Assembly: GCA_046730495.1 (NCBI GenBank)
Contig: JBKPIZ010000028.1
Span: 1-33,783 of the forward strand
DNA from: Pseudomonadota bacterium
Lineage (GTDB): Bacteria > Pseudomonadota > Alphaproteobacteria > Rhizobiales > Xanthobacteraceae
DNA: 33,783 nt
Direction: 5' to 3'
Below the pieces are notes generated by a model. That model had not been told where the DNA came from and made no database searches. It saw nothing but the letters and a program-made list of their open reading frames with translations. The first letter of the stretch is position 1; each line of letters opens with the position of its first letter. The translations under genes were made by a program, and so were the position numbers. Positions 23,454-33,425 of this stretch are shown piece by piece.

Positions 23454-26400
23454 TTAATCGAAGCGGCCGGCGGCGTGCGCCAGCATTGTATAGACCTTGC
23501 CAGTATCCGAGGTCAGGTAGTTGCGGGCTACAGTCGGGCCACGATCGCCGCGTGATACGTCGTCAAGCAGCCGTTCGAACTCATGAATGTAATGTTCGAC
23601 CGTCTGCCGGAAGTCCGCATCGGAACGATATTTGCCGCGTATTTCTTCGAACGCTCGTTGCCCTTGGGGGGTGTAGAGCCGCTTCGTAAACGCGCCGCGT
23701 TCGCCGCGTTTATAGCGCTCCCATAGGTCGGCCGCCGCGTCGTTGTCGATCATCCGGGCGATATCGACCGACAGCGCGTCAAGCGAATCGACGCTGTCGC
23801 GTGCCGCGCCCTCATCGGCGCGGGTAGCCTCCGCGGGCGTCGCTGGCGCGCCTTGCCGGCCTCCTTCGCCAGAAGCGCGAGTCAGTAGATCGGAAAGCCA
23901 GCCGCCATTGCGGCCTTTGCTGTCGTCCTTGCCGCCGGGGACCGGGCTGAGTGTCGGTGGGTTCGTGCGCCGCGTCGGCGCGCCGGTGATATCACGCGCT
24001 GGCGCCTGCTGCGAAGCGGCGACGTCGCTACGCACCGGTCGCGCTTGCGCGCGGCCGCCACCGGCGGCGTAGAGCGGCTCGACATCGCGACGCACGGGCT
24101 CGACGGCGTCGAGCGCCCGACCATGGCGAGCGACAATTCGATTGAGTTCGGCGAGCGCTTCGATCTGATCGACGATCACGCGTCGCATCTGCGCCGTGCT
24201 TTCCGCCGTTTCCTGCGGCAGTTCGAGGACGCCGCGTCGCAATTGCTCGCGCGTCGCCTCGAGTTCCTGCTGCATCTCCGCTGCCATCTGCTTCATGCCT
24301 TGCATGACTTCACTGAAGCGCGCAGTGGACTCCGTGAACAGGCCTTGCACCTGAGAGAAGGCTTCATCGTAGGCCGCGGTGAGCGCGTCACTGGTGCGGG
24401 TGCGCTCTTCCTCCGAAGTCCTGCGAACCAACTCGTATTGCTGCTCGATCGTCTGAACGCTCTCGTTGCTGGTTTGTGCGATCAAGCCCGCGATTTCGCT
24501 TGCCCGGGTGGTCGCGGCTTTCAGCGAGTCATCCAAAGCCGTGGAGAAGCGGGCCAGCCGCTGCCCGAAGTCTTCGGCGCGGGCATCGAGAGTGGAAACC
24601 AGCGCTGCGACGGCCGCCTGACGCCCCGCGATCGATTCCTCGGTGCGGCGATTGCCGCCCTCCAGCATCGCAACGGCATCGGCAAGCGTTCGACCATGCG
24701 AACTGAATTGATTGGCGAGCTCGCCGAGATCGCCGAGCGCCTTGCCGGTGATCGTGTTGAAGTTGCCGAGGTGCTGTTCCATTTTGGACGTGGTCGCCCC
24801 GGTCTTGCCGCTCAGATCGGTCATGGCGGCGACGAATTCCGACACGCGAGTCGCCATCGTATGCTCGATCGAGCTCATGTTTTCATGGGCGCCGCTGAGC
24901 ACTTCCTGCAGCAGGATGTTGGCTTCGCGCAGACGCTCGAACAGGGCTGTCGAATCGGAGCGCAGCATCGTGTGCGTCTCCATCATCTCTGCCACCGTCG
25001 CCGCCGCGGTTTGCTTGGATTGTTCGATTGCACCTGTCGTCGCCCGTTGCAGCTCCTCAAGCGTGCGTGCAATGCTCGATTTGGCCGCTTCGGTGACGCC
25101 CTGGGCCCCTTCCTGCATCTGCCCCAGCGTGCGGGTAACCGCCGCCGTCGCGTTCAGGCTGGCGTCGTTGATCAACCGGGCGATCTCTTCGCTCTTGTCC
25201 ATCATAGCCTGGGTGAAGACAAAGCCCTTGGTGTCGATGGCTTTCACCGTCTGTTCGGTGACGCGTTCGACCTGACCGGCAAGCTGATCGCCTTTGTTCG
25301 AGAGCTCGGAAATCAGCGTGCTCGACTTTTCATCGAGGATCTTCGCCATATCCTCGACGCGCTCCGTCAGCGCGCTGTTGATCTCGTTGGCCTTGCCGAC
25401 GATGTTGCGCGAGACCTCGGCGCTCATGCCAATGAGCTTGCGCTCGGCGTCGCCGGCGCTGCGGACAATTGCATCGCTGCTCGACTGCGAGGTCTTGGCG
25501 AGCATTTCGGCGGTCCCCGCCGTCGCCTTGTTGAGCGCGTCGGTGGCGGATTGCGAAGTCTTAGCGAGAAGCTCCGCGGCGGTTGCTGCGGCTTTGCCGA
25601 GCGCCTCGTTGGCGGAGGTCGCGCTTTTGACGATGGTGTTGCTGAGCGCGCCGGCGCTTCGGTTAAGGGAGACCGTCGCTTCAGCGGCGCCGCGATTAAG
25701 GGCCTCCGTAGCCGCCGCGCTTGCCGCCGCGCTTTTGCCGAGCGCTTCGGTGGTGTTCGCCGCGAGTTGGGTCAGCGCGCGCTCGGCAGTGGTGGAATTG
25801 GTCTTGATTGACTCGGAAAGCTGCTCGAGCCGCGAATTGAGCAAGTCGGCCACGGCGCGGCTGCGGACTTCCATCTGCTGAACGACGGCTTCCGCGCGCC
25901 CGACCAACAGTTGTTCCAAATGAGCGACGCGGTGGTCCAGCGTACCAACAACCTCCAGTGCGTTCTTGCCGAGCGTGGTGTCGATCGTCGCGATCCGCTC
26001 GCCGAGCGTGTCGCCGAGCTTGGCGGCGCGCGTGTCGATCAGCGTAGTCACGTCGGTGATGCGCTTGTCGAGCGCGGTCATGACTTCTTTGCCGCCCTCG
26101 GCGAGGGTCTTGCCGACCTCGCCAACGCGGGCAGACAGGGCATTCGTAAGCGCCTCGGAACGGCTATCGAGCGTCTCCTGGAAACGGGAAAGACGCTGAT
26201 CAAGCGCGCCGCTGACTTCGTTCGCCCTGGACGTGACGCGGCTGTCGAAACTATCGAGATAGCCGCGCATGGATTCGGAAACGTCCTGAGTGCGCGTGCC
26301 CAGGCGCTCGACCAGCTCGGCGCCGTAGGTCTTCACGGTGCGATCGAACTCGGCAAGGTGCCGGGTGATGAGATTGCCGAGCGTCGATGAATCGCGCGAG

Positions 26401-27965
26401 ATCTTTTCACCCAACGTGGCGCCGGTATGGTTGAACATTTCCTCGAAGGCCGAAAGCCGCGTTTGCAGCATCTCTTTAAGCGCATCGCTGCGCGTCGCCA
26501 CCACGCCGGTGACGTGTTCGGCAGCTTCGCGAAGTGTGTCGGTGAGCGTGGCGCTCCGCGCGATCATGGCTTGGGTGACCTGACCGCCCGCTTGTTCGAG
26601 CTTCGCCGCGACCTCGCTACCGCGCAGGTCGAGGCCGAGCAACAGCGATTCACCCGACGTCTTAAGCGTGTTGTTGACCTCATCGGCCCGCGTAGCGATG
26701 GCTTCGGCGAGCTGATTTGAGGTTTCGACGATGGCATCGGTCAGCGTCTGTGATCTGCCGACCATCAGATCGACCATGCCCAGCGATTTTTCCGAGAAGT
26801 TCTCGGCGACGCGATCGAGCCGCGCCGCCATCATGTCTTCGAGACCGTTGGCGATCTCGGCAAATTCTTCGCCGATGTGATTGGTCTTGAAATCGAGGTT
26901 CGACGACAAGCGATCGCTCGCCAGTGCGATCGCGCGCGCCGTCTCCTCGCTTGCTGCTTCCAGGCGATCGAGCATGTCGCCGCCGCGCTGGCTTAATTGT
27001 TGAACCATATTGTCGCCGATCTGCGCGAGCGTGGCGGTGATATGTTCGCCTTTTTCGGCAAGCGACTGGGTGATGCGCTGGGCCGCTTCGTTGACCTGCT
27101 GGCCCACGAGATCGCTGATCGTGGACAGGTCCTGCGTCAGATCGATCTGCACATTGCCAAGCGCGGAGCGGACGTGTTCGGCCTGTCCCACCAGCGTGTC
27201 GCGCTGATTGCCCAGCTCCTGAAGGAGCCCGCGAATCCGCACTTCATTATCGCTGTAGGTTCGCTCAAGCGCGGCGACCTCGCCTTGCACCAGCGCTTCC
27301 AGTTCGCTGGCGCGCGCCAGCGCTCGCTCGACGCCGTCGCCCATCGCCGCAACCTCGCGCCGGATCGCCTGGCCGACCGTGACGATGGAATCGCGCGCCA
27401 CGCTCTCGGGTTCGGCGAGCCGCATCGCCACCCGTGCCATGGACTGAGCGATCACGCGCAGTTCCTGCGCGCGCCAGGCCATGTGGGCGACGCCGAAAAA
27501 GAAAATAATCGGCAGCAATGCCGCGGCGCCGAGACCGATCACCAGCGCCACCGGGGAGCGCCCAGCACCGAGCGCGGTATGGAGGTCTGAGAAATAGGCG
27601 AGCGAGAGGCCAAGGCAGCCGACGATCCAGGCTCCGGAAAACAGCGCGGCGACAAAGTAAGATGAACGGGCCGGACGGCGCTGCAAGGCATGAAGGATCT
27701 GGCCGATCGATTGCTGATCGTCATTGGCGGCACGTCCGGCAACGTCGGCGACGTCGCCTGCGCGCGGAGCCTTCTCGGATTGCTCCATGATCGCGACGGT
27801 CTCGGCGATCTGCTGCGGGCTCTCGGCCGGAGTGGCGAAAAGGTCTGGCGCGGCCGCGGCGGAACTCGCCGTCTGCTCGTCCTCTTCGTGAACGTTGAGC
27901 GCTTCCTGGATTGCCGACAGCGCCGCTTCGGTCGGGTCGTTCATTTTTTTCGGGTAGTTGGCCAT
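23454..27965 (-). CDS. Giant membrane-anchored apolipoprotein-like repeat / coiled-coil protein (GPR / RgsE-like)
   Basis: 1503 aa. Two hydrophobic helices at about aa 103-125 and 138-163. About 1000 aa of Ala/Thr/Ser/Glu/Leu/Arg-rich helical repeats. A Pro/Gly/Arg-rich linker. A compact C-terminal domain ending ...YLTSDTGKVYTMLAHAAGRFD. Confidence 0.65.
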   Translation of the reverse strand: MANYPKKMNDPTEAALSAIQEALNVHEEDEQTASSAAAAPDLFATPAESPQQIAETVAIMEQSEKAPRAGDVADVAGRAANDDQQSIGQILHALQRRPARSSYFVAALFSGAWIVGCLGLSLAYFSDLHTALGAGRSPVALVIGLGAAALLPIIFFFGVAHMAWRAQELRVIAQSMARVAMRLAEPESVARDSIVTVGQAIRREVAAMGDGVERALARASELEALVQGEVAALERTYSDNEVRIRGLLQELGNQRDTLVGQAEHVRSALGNVQIDLTQDLSTISDLVGQQVNEAAQRITQSLAEKGEHITATLAQIGDNMVQQLSQRGGDMLDRLEAASEETARAIALASDRLSSNLDFKTNHIGEEFAEIANGLEDMMAARLDRVAENFSEKSLGMVDLMVGRSQTLTDAIVETSNQLAEAIATRADEVNNTLKTSGESLLLGLDLRGSEVAAKLEQAGGQVTQAMIARSATLTDTLREAAEHVTGVVATRSDALKEMLQTRLSAFEEMFNHTGATLGEKISRDSSTLGNLITRHLAEFDRTVKTYGAELVERLGTRTQDVSESMRGYLDSFDSRVTSRANEVSGALDQRLSRFQETLDSRSEALTNALSARVGEVGKTLAEGGKEVMTALDKRITDVTTLIDTRAAKLGDTLGERIATIDTTLGKNALEVVGTLDHRVAHLEQLLVGRAEAVVQQMEVRSRAVADLLNSRLEQLSESIKTNSTTAERALTQLAANTTEALGKSAAASAAATEALNRGAAEATVSLNRSAGALSNTIVKSATSANEALGKAAATAAELLAKTSQSATDALNKATAGTAEMLAKTSQSSSDAIVRSAGDAERKLIGMSAEVSRNIVGKANEINSALTERVEDMAKILDEKSSTLISELSNKGDQLAGQVERVTEQTVKAIDTKGFVFTQAMMDKSEEIARLINDASLNATAAVTRTLGQMQEGAQGVTEAAKSSIARTLEELQRATTGAIEQSKQTAAATVAEMMETHTMLRSDSTALFERLREANILLQEVLSGAHENMSSIEHTMATRVSEFVAAMTDLSGKTGATTSKMEQHLGNFNTITGKALGDLGELANQFSSHGRTLADAVAMLEGGNRRTEESIAGRQAAVAALVSTLDARAEDFGQRLARFSTALDDSLKAATTRASEIAGLIAQTSNESVQTIEQQYELVRRTSEEERTRTSDALTAAYDEAFSQVQGLFTESTARFSEVMQGMKQMAAEMQQELEATREQLRRGVLELPQETAESTAQMRRVIVDQIEALAELNRIVARHGRALDAVEPVRRDVEPLYAAGGGRAQARPVRSDVAASQQAPARDITGAPTRRTNPPTLSPVPGGKDDSKGRNGGWLSDLLTRASGEGGRQGAPATPAEATRADEGAARDSVDSLDALSVDIARMIDNDAAADLWERYKRGERGAFTKRLYTPQGQRAFEEIRGKYRSDADFRQTVEHYIHEFERLLDDVSRGDRGPTVARNYLTSDTGKVYTMLAHAAGRFD
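25443..25607 (-). repeat. In-frame 33-bp (11-aa) periodic repeat block with a 66-bp DNA-level duplication, inside the giant gene
   Basis: The translation gives five consecutive 11-mers: EALGKAAATAA / ELLAKTSQSAT / DALNKATAGTA / EMLAKTSQSSS / DAIVRSAGDAE. DNA 25443-25508 and 25509-25574 are visibly similar (…TTGCGAAGTCTTAGCGAG… versus …CTGCGAGGTCTTGGCGAG…). Confidence 0.8.
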
Positions 27966-28425
27966 TTCGGTCGTCGCCTCGCGTGTTACGCCTGCCCAGG
28001 ACGGCCCAATCAGTTACCAAGAGCGCTCAGCATGGAGCGCTCACACATGATCATCAGCGCGCGCGCAAGCGCGTGCTCGGTCACTGTTTGCTCGTTAAGG
28101 GACTCCCCAAAAAAGCCCCATGCCGCACCACCAGCAGGCATCCTATCGGTCTGGCAGATCAAAGAAAACCCGGTCGGTAACGACCTTTTAATCATCGTTA
28201 ACGGCTTGATCAGCCTGCCCCCATTTTGCCGACCGTGGCGCAGGCGCCATTGTGCGGACAACAATGAGGCCAGGTTGGGGCCGCGCTTGGGGACAGGGGC
28301 GGTTTTGCTGCGGATAAACGGTTCGGCTGGCGTATCCCGCGGCGAGCCGGTAGAACCATGCCGCCGCAAGATCGCGGCTCCCGCCGCCGTTCCCCCAGCC
28401 AAAATCGCCGATCGGTGGTTCCACT

Positions 28426-28746
28426 ATGGCCAAAATCACCTATATCGACTCCGCAGGCACTGCGCGCACCGTCGAGGGCGAGGTCGGTTCCACGGTTATG
28501 GAGACGGCCATCAATCACGGCGTTCCCGAGATTGAGGCGGAATGCGGCGGCGCTTGCGCCTGTTCGACGTGCCACGTCTATATCGACGAGGCTTGGCGCC
28601 AGAAGGTCGGCGAACCTTCGCCAATGGAAGAGGATATGCTCGATTTCGCTTTCGAGGTGCGGCCGAATTCTCGCCTATCGTGCCAAATCAAGGTGCGCGA
28701 CGACCTTGATGGGCTGGTCGTGACCACGCCGTCGCGCCAAGCCTAA
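28426..28746 (+). CDS. 2Fe-2S ferredoxin (adrenodoxin/putidaredoxin type)
   Basis: 106 aa. The cluster motif [12 protein letters not shown] and a later SCQI cysteine are present. Confidence 0.85.
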   Translation: MAKITYIDSAGTARTVEGEVGSTVMETAINHGVPEIEAECGGACACSTCHVYIDEAWRQKVGEPSPMEEDMLDFAFEVRPNSRLSCQIKVRDDLDGLVVTTPSRQA

Positions 28747-28768
28747 CGTGATCGGCCTAACGTGATCT
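28741..28768 (+). repeat. 14-bp tandem duplication (GCCTAACGTGATCG / GCCTAACGTGATCT) spanning the ferredoxin stop codon
   Basis: Read directly. Unit 1 is 28741-28754 and contains the TAA stop at 28744-28746. Unit 2 is 28755-28768. Confidence 0.85.
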
Positions 28769-28888
28769 TGAAAACGGCTACCGGCTTGTCCCCTTTTCCT
28801 TCCGGCCCAGCCAAGCTAGACAGAGCCCTTCCCCGACATTGCCGGACGGCCGGACGAGCTTGAATACGACTTAAACAGACTTGGATAA

Positions 28889-29977
<1,089 letters not shown>

Positions 29978-29989
<12 letters not shown>

Positions 29990-31972
29990 CGGCGGTACGG
30001 CCGCGGCGGCTGGCGAAGCCGCCGGTGCAGGCGCCGAGAGGCTCGGCGGCGGCAGCGGCTGGGCTTGAATGGCCGGAGGCGGGTTCAGGCCGAGCACGGC
30101 ACGCGCCGCCGGCAGCGCCGCGTCGGCCATAGCAGCGTAGCCTTCGGCGGTGGGATGCACCGCCCCCCCATACACCGCGCTCAAAACTCCCCACAGCGCG
30201 TCGTGAATGTCGCTCGGCTTGAGAATGGCTGGCATGCCCTCGGGATAAGTCATGGCGGTGAAGTAACTATCGTTCGCCGTCCTGATCCAGCGTCCGCGCG
30301 AAGCATAAGGTCGATAGTTGCTGGCCGGCTCGCTACAAGCCATGGGGTCGTCCGCGGCGACGGTCGGATCCGACTGGAAACTCTGGCCGTTGACGGCGAA
30401 GCAGTTGCGATCGAATTCCGGATCGGTGACGGCACGAACGCACATGCCGTGCCTGGCAAAATCCGCCTGATGGCCGTCGACGTAAATCATCCGCTCGGTG
30501 AACGGATCGCGACAGGATTTGTTGCCTTCGCAGGTGGCGAGCGATTTCAATTTCGGCAGGAATTTCGTGTCGACAAAGTCCGCGGCGGCGCGCAGCCGCT
30601 CGCTATCGGCGCCGAACGCCGGATGCACATCCAGGCCGTCGCGTCCGCCCGAGCAGGGCTTGTTTTCCGCTTGCATGGCCGGATTACCGTAAGACGCAAA
30701 GACAACGCGATTGAGATTGCCGCCGACAAACGGTTTAAGCGCCGCCCGCAATTGCCCGAATTGATCCGGCAGGTCCTGATCGAGCGCCTTCTGCGAATCC
30801 GCGACACTGGCGATTGCGCCGCCTTGGCGCAGCAATAGCCGCTCAGTGGCGGCGTCGACGATTACGTTCGCCACCAGCCCGGCAAAATTCACATCATTGG
30901 CTCCGACTGTCAGCAATACGAGGTCGAGGTTGCGGTTCGGCTGCTGCCGGTGCAGGGCGGTTATGAGATTGCGCAACTCGCTGAACTGGGCCGGGGCCGT
31001 TCCCGAGCAGCTCTCGATGCCGACGACCCAGGGACAGTCATCGGCGCGCTGTCCGCCAAAAAGCCCGGCGTCGATCGTTGCTCCGGTGCAGGCAAGCGGC
31101 AACAGCGTGACGGCAAGGTGCGGATGCTCGATCGCCAGCGCCAACGCGGTGCGCACCTGATAGCTGTAGAGCGAGCGGTGACAAGCCGGATTCATCCAGC
31201 GGGCGCCATGCTTCGCCCAATTTATTCCGGCGGCCGGACTGGCGGGCCCGTTCTCGCAAGACCGGTCGTCGGAATAGCCGGCACGGCTCGGACGATAATA
31301 CTGGCTGCCGCCGCCGAAGCGTCGGAAACAGAAGCCGCCCTCGAGCTTTACCGCACGATCCGGATTGCCTTCGCCGGCGGCTATGGAATCGCCAATTCCG
31401 GCAATCAGCACATCGCGCACGGCGATGTCGGCGGTCACGCGTTGCGCGGTGCCGTCGCCGAGTGGAATATCAACGGTCGCGACGGTGGTCCGGCCGGCGC
31501 GCACGCGCAGTTTGACTTCGCGATCGCAGGGCGCGGTACTCTGCCGGGGCGAAGTTTCGCCGTCATTGAACGTCCACAAGCAATCAAGCCCTTCGGGTGC
31601 CACCCCGGAAATCGTCACGCCGACCGGATAGTCGCGCGGCGAGAGATAGCTTTCGCGCTCGCCATCGCGGTCGCACGTCTCCAGCAAGTTGCCCGAAGTG
31701 TCGAGGCACAGCTCGGCGACGACGTCTTTTGCCCAGCCGAGCCCGTCAGTATCGCGCGCGAGGCGGCGTTCCGCCGCCAGCACGCCATCGCCGCGGGCGG
31801 CCGCGGCCATGCGCAGAAAATCGGCTTCATGGCGAAACAGGCGGAAGCGGCTCTTCACCTCCCAGGCGATGCGAAAGTCGCCGGTCCCGGCGAGCTGGGC
31901 AAATGCGGCGTCGAACGGAGCCAGCGCTAATAGAATAGCGAGCCAAAAAGCAGGTATTTTGAAATCGCGCAT
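29978..31972 (-). CDS. Secreted Cys-rich SGNH/GDSL-family hydrolase with a Pro/Ala-rich C-terminal tail
   Basis: Start trimmed to ATG 31972, which gives the signal peptide MRDFKIPAFWLAILLALAPFDAAFAQ. SGNH blocks are present: IAGIGDSIAAGEG (block I), TVGANDV (block III) and GGAVHPTAEGY (block V). The 185-codon extension in the track overlaps the opposite-strand monooxygenase gene. Confidence 0.7.
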
Positions 31973-32171
31973 GATGCGGGACAGTGGGCGGGTGAGCGTC
32001 CTTTTAGCACATCGCTTGCGGCGGAAATGTGAGGGTTCCGTGCGATCGGTGGTCTTGGATCGCCTTTGCGCAGGGCTCACATGCCACATTTTTATGTGAC
32101 GAAAATCACCCCGCGCGGATTGAATGCCCAGGGGGCTTGCCGCAAGCTCAAGCGTGCCCTTTGAACGGTGA

Positions 32172-33422
32172 ATGCAAGGAATGGAAGTCGTGGCGAACGA
32201 CTCGCTGACCACGCAATGTTGCATCGCCGGCGGTGGACCGGCGGGAATGATGCTCGGCTTCCTCCTGGCGCGCGCCGGGGTGCGCGTTGTCGTTCTGGAA
32301 AAACATGCAGATTTTCTTCGCGACTTTCGCGGCGACACCGTGCATCCGTCCACCCTCGAGCTCATATACGAACTCGGCTTGCTCGATGATTTTCTCAAGC
32401 TGCCGCATCGGACGGTTGATCGACTGTCACTGCAGGTCGGAAACCGGCGCATCCGGCTGATCGATCTCACGCATCTGCCGACGCAATGCAAATACATCGC
32501 GCTGATGCCACAATGGGACTTTCTCAATTTCCTCGCCGACCAGGGCCGGCGCTACAGCCAATTCGATCTGCGTATGCGGGCGGAGGCGACCGATCTGATC
32601 GAAGAAGGCGATCGCATCTCCGGCGTTCGCGTCAAGACGCCGGATGGAGAATTGACCGTCCGTGCGGATCTGGTGGTCGGGTGTGACGGACGTCATTCGA
32701 CAATCCGTGAGAAAGCCGGTCTACAGACCGACGACTACGGCGCGCCGATGGACGCAATGTGGTTTCGCATCACGCGCCGCGAGTCCGACGGCGCCGACGT
32801 GTTCGGGCATATCGAGGCCGGCGCTATGCTCGTCATGCTCGATCGCGGCGATTATTGGCAGTGCGCCTACGTGATACCGAAGGGAGGCATCGATCGGGTG
32901 AAAGCGAACGGCATCGAAGCGTTCCGCAACCGGGTGGTCGCGCTGTCGCCGTTCCTGGCCGACCGCATCAGCGAACTAAGAAGCTTCGACGATGTCAAGC
33001 TGTTAACCGTCATGGTCAATCGCTTGCGGCAATGGTGGCGGCCGGGGCTCATCTGTATTGGCGACGCTGCGCACGCGATGTCGCCAATCGGCGGGGTGGG
33101 TATCAATATCGCGGTGCAGGATGCCGTGGCCGCCGCCAACTGCTTGGCTGCGCCTTTGAAAGCCGGCACGGCGACCAATAGTCATTTGCAGGCAATACAG
33201 GCGCGGCGCGATTTTCCGGCGCGCATGACACAGAAAATTCAACTCACTATGCAGAACCAGATCATTGGCCCGGCGTTGCAAGGCACACGCGAGCCGAAGC
33301 CTCCTCTGCTGTTCAAACTGTTCAATGCTTTTCCGCGATTGCGGCGTCTTCCCGGTCGCCTGTTGGCACTCGGAATACAACCCGAGCACGTGCAAACGCC
33401 CGACATTGGCGCGGCCGGTTAG
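32172..33422 (+). CDS. FAD-dependent monooxygenase (group A flavoprotein hydroxylase, UbiH/PHBH-like)
   Basis: 416 aa. Motifs: CIAGGGPAGMMLGFLLARAGVRVVVLEKH (GxGxxG), DLVVGCDGRHS, and GDAAHAMSPIGGVGINIAVQDA. The start could alternatively be ATG 32181. Confidence 0.8.
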   Translation: MQGMEVVANDSLTTQCCIAGGGPAGMMLGFLLARAGVRVVVLEKHADFLRDFRGDTVHPSTLELIYELGLLDDFLKLPHRTVDRLSLQVGNRRIRLIDLTHLPTQCKYIALMPQWDFLNFLADQGRRYSQFDLRMRAEATDLIEEGDRISGVRVKTPDGELTVRADLVVGCDGRHSTIREKAGLQTDDYGAPMDAMWFRITRRESDGADVFGHIEAGAMLVMLDRGDYWQCAYVIPKGGIDRVKANGIEAFRNRVVALSPFLADRISELRSFDDVKLLTVMVNRLRQWWRPGLICIGDAAHAMSPIGGVGINIAVQDAVAAANCLAAPLKAGTATNSHLQAIQARRDFPARMTQKIQLTMQNQIIGPALQGTREPKPPLLFKLFNAFPRLRRLPGRLLALGIQPEHVQTPDIGAAG

Positions 33423-33425
33423 AGA

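Noticed and set aside
25443-25760. Periodic repeats that could be mistaken for a CRISPR-like or minisatellite array
   Set aside because: The repeats are imperfect, have a 33/66-bp period with no unique spacers, and are in frame within a protein-coding repeat domain. No cas genes are present.
24045-27590. Long plus-strand ORFs (588 aa at 24045-25811, 197 aa at 26997-27590, and others) antisense to the giant gene
   Set aside because: Their translations are Arg/Gly/Ala/Leu-rich, low-complexity mirror images of a GC3-rich, Ala/Leu/Glu-rich gene. They have no recognisable motifs, while the minus-strand frame is continuous for 1503 codons with coherent domain structure. These are classic shadow ORFs.
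28188-28202. CtrA-box-like sequence TTAA-TCATCG-TTAAC upstream of the GPR-like gene
   Set aside because: The spacer is 6 nt on careful counting, whereas the CtrA consensus is TTAA-N7-TTAAC. It is attractive biologically but does not fit the motif, so I do not report it as a site.
28010-28402. 130-aa minus-strand ORF in the long intergenic region between the giant gene and the ferredoxin gene
   Set aside because: I see no ribosome-binding site, its Gly/Ala/Arg-rich composition is biased, and it has no motifs. It is probably non-coding promoter or leader DNA.
31973-32527. 185-codon N-terminal extension of the SGNH hydrolase ORF
   Set aside because: It overlaps the opposite-strand FAD monooxygenase gene, including its GxGxxG motif region. 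The extension has junk-like composition, and a clean signal peptide starts at the internal ATG 31972.
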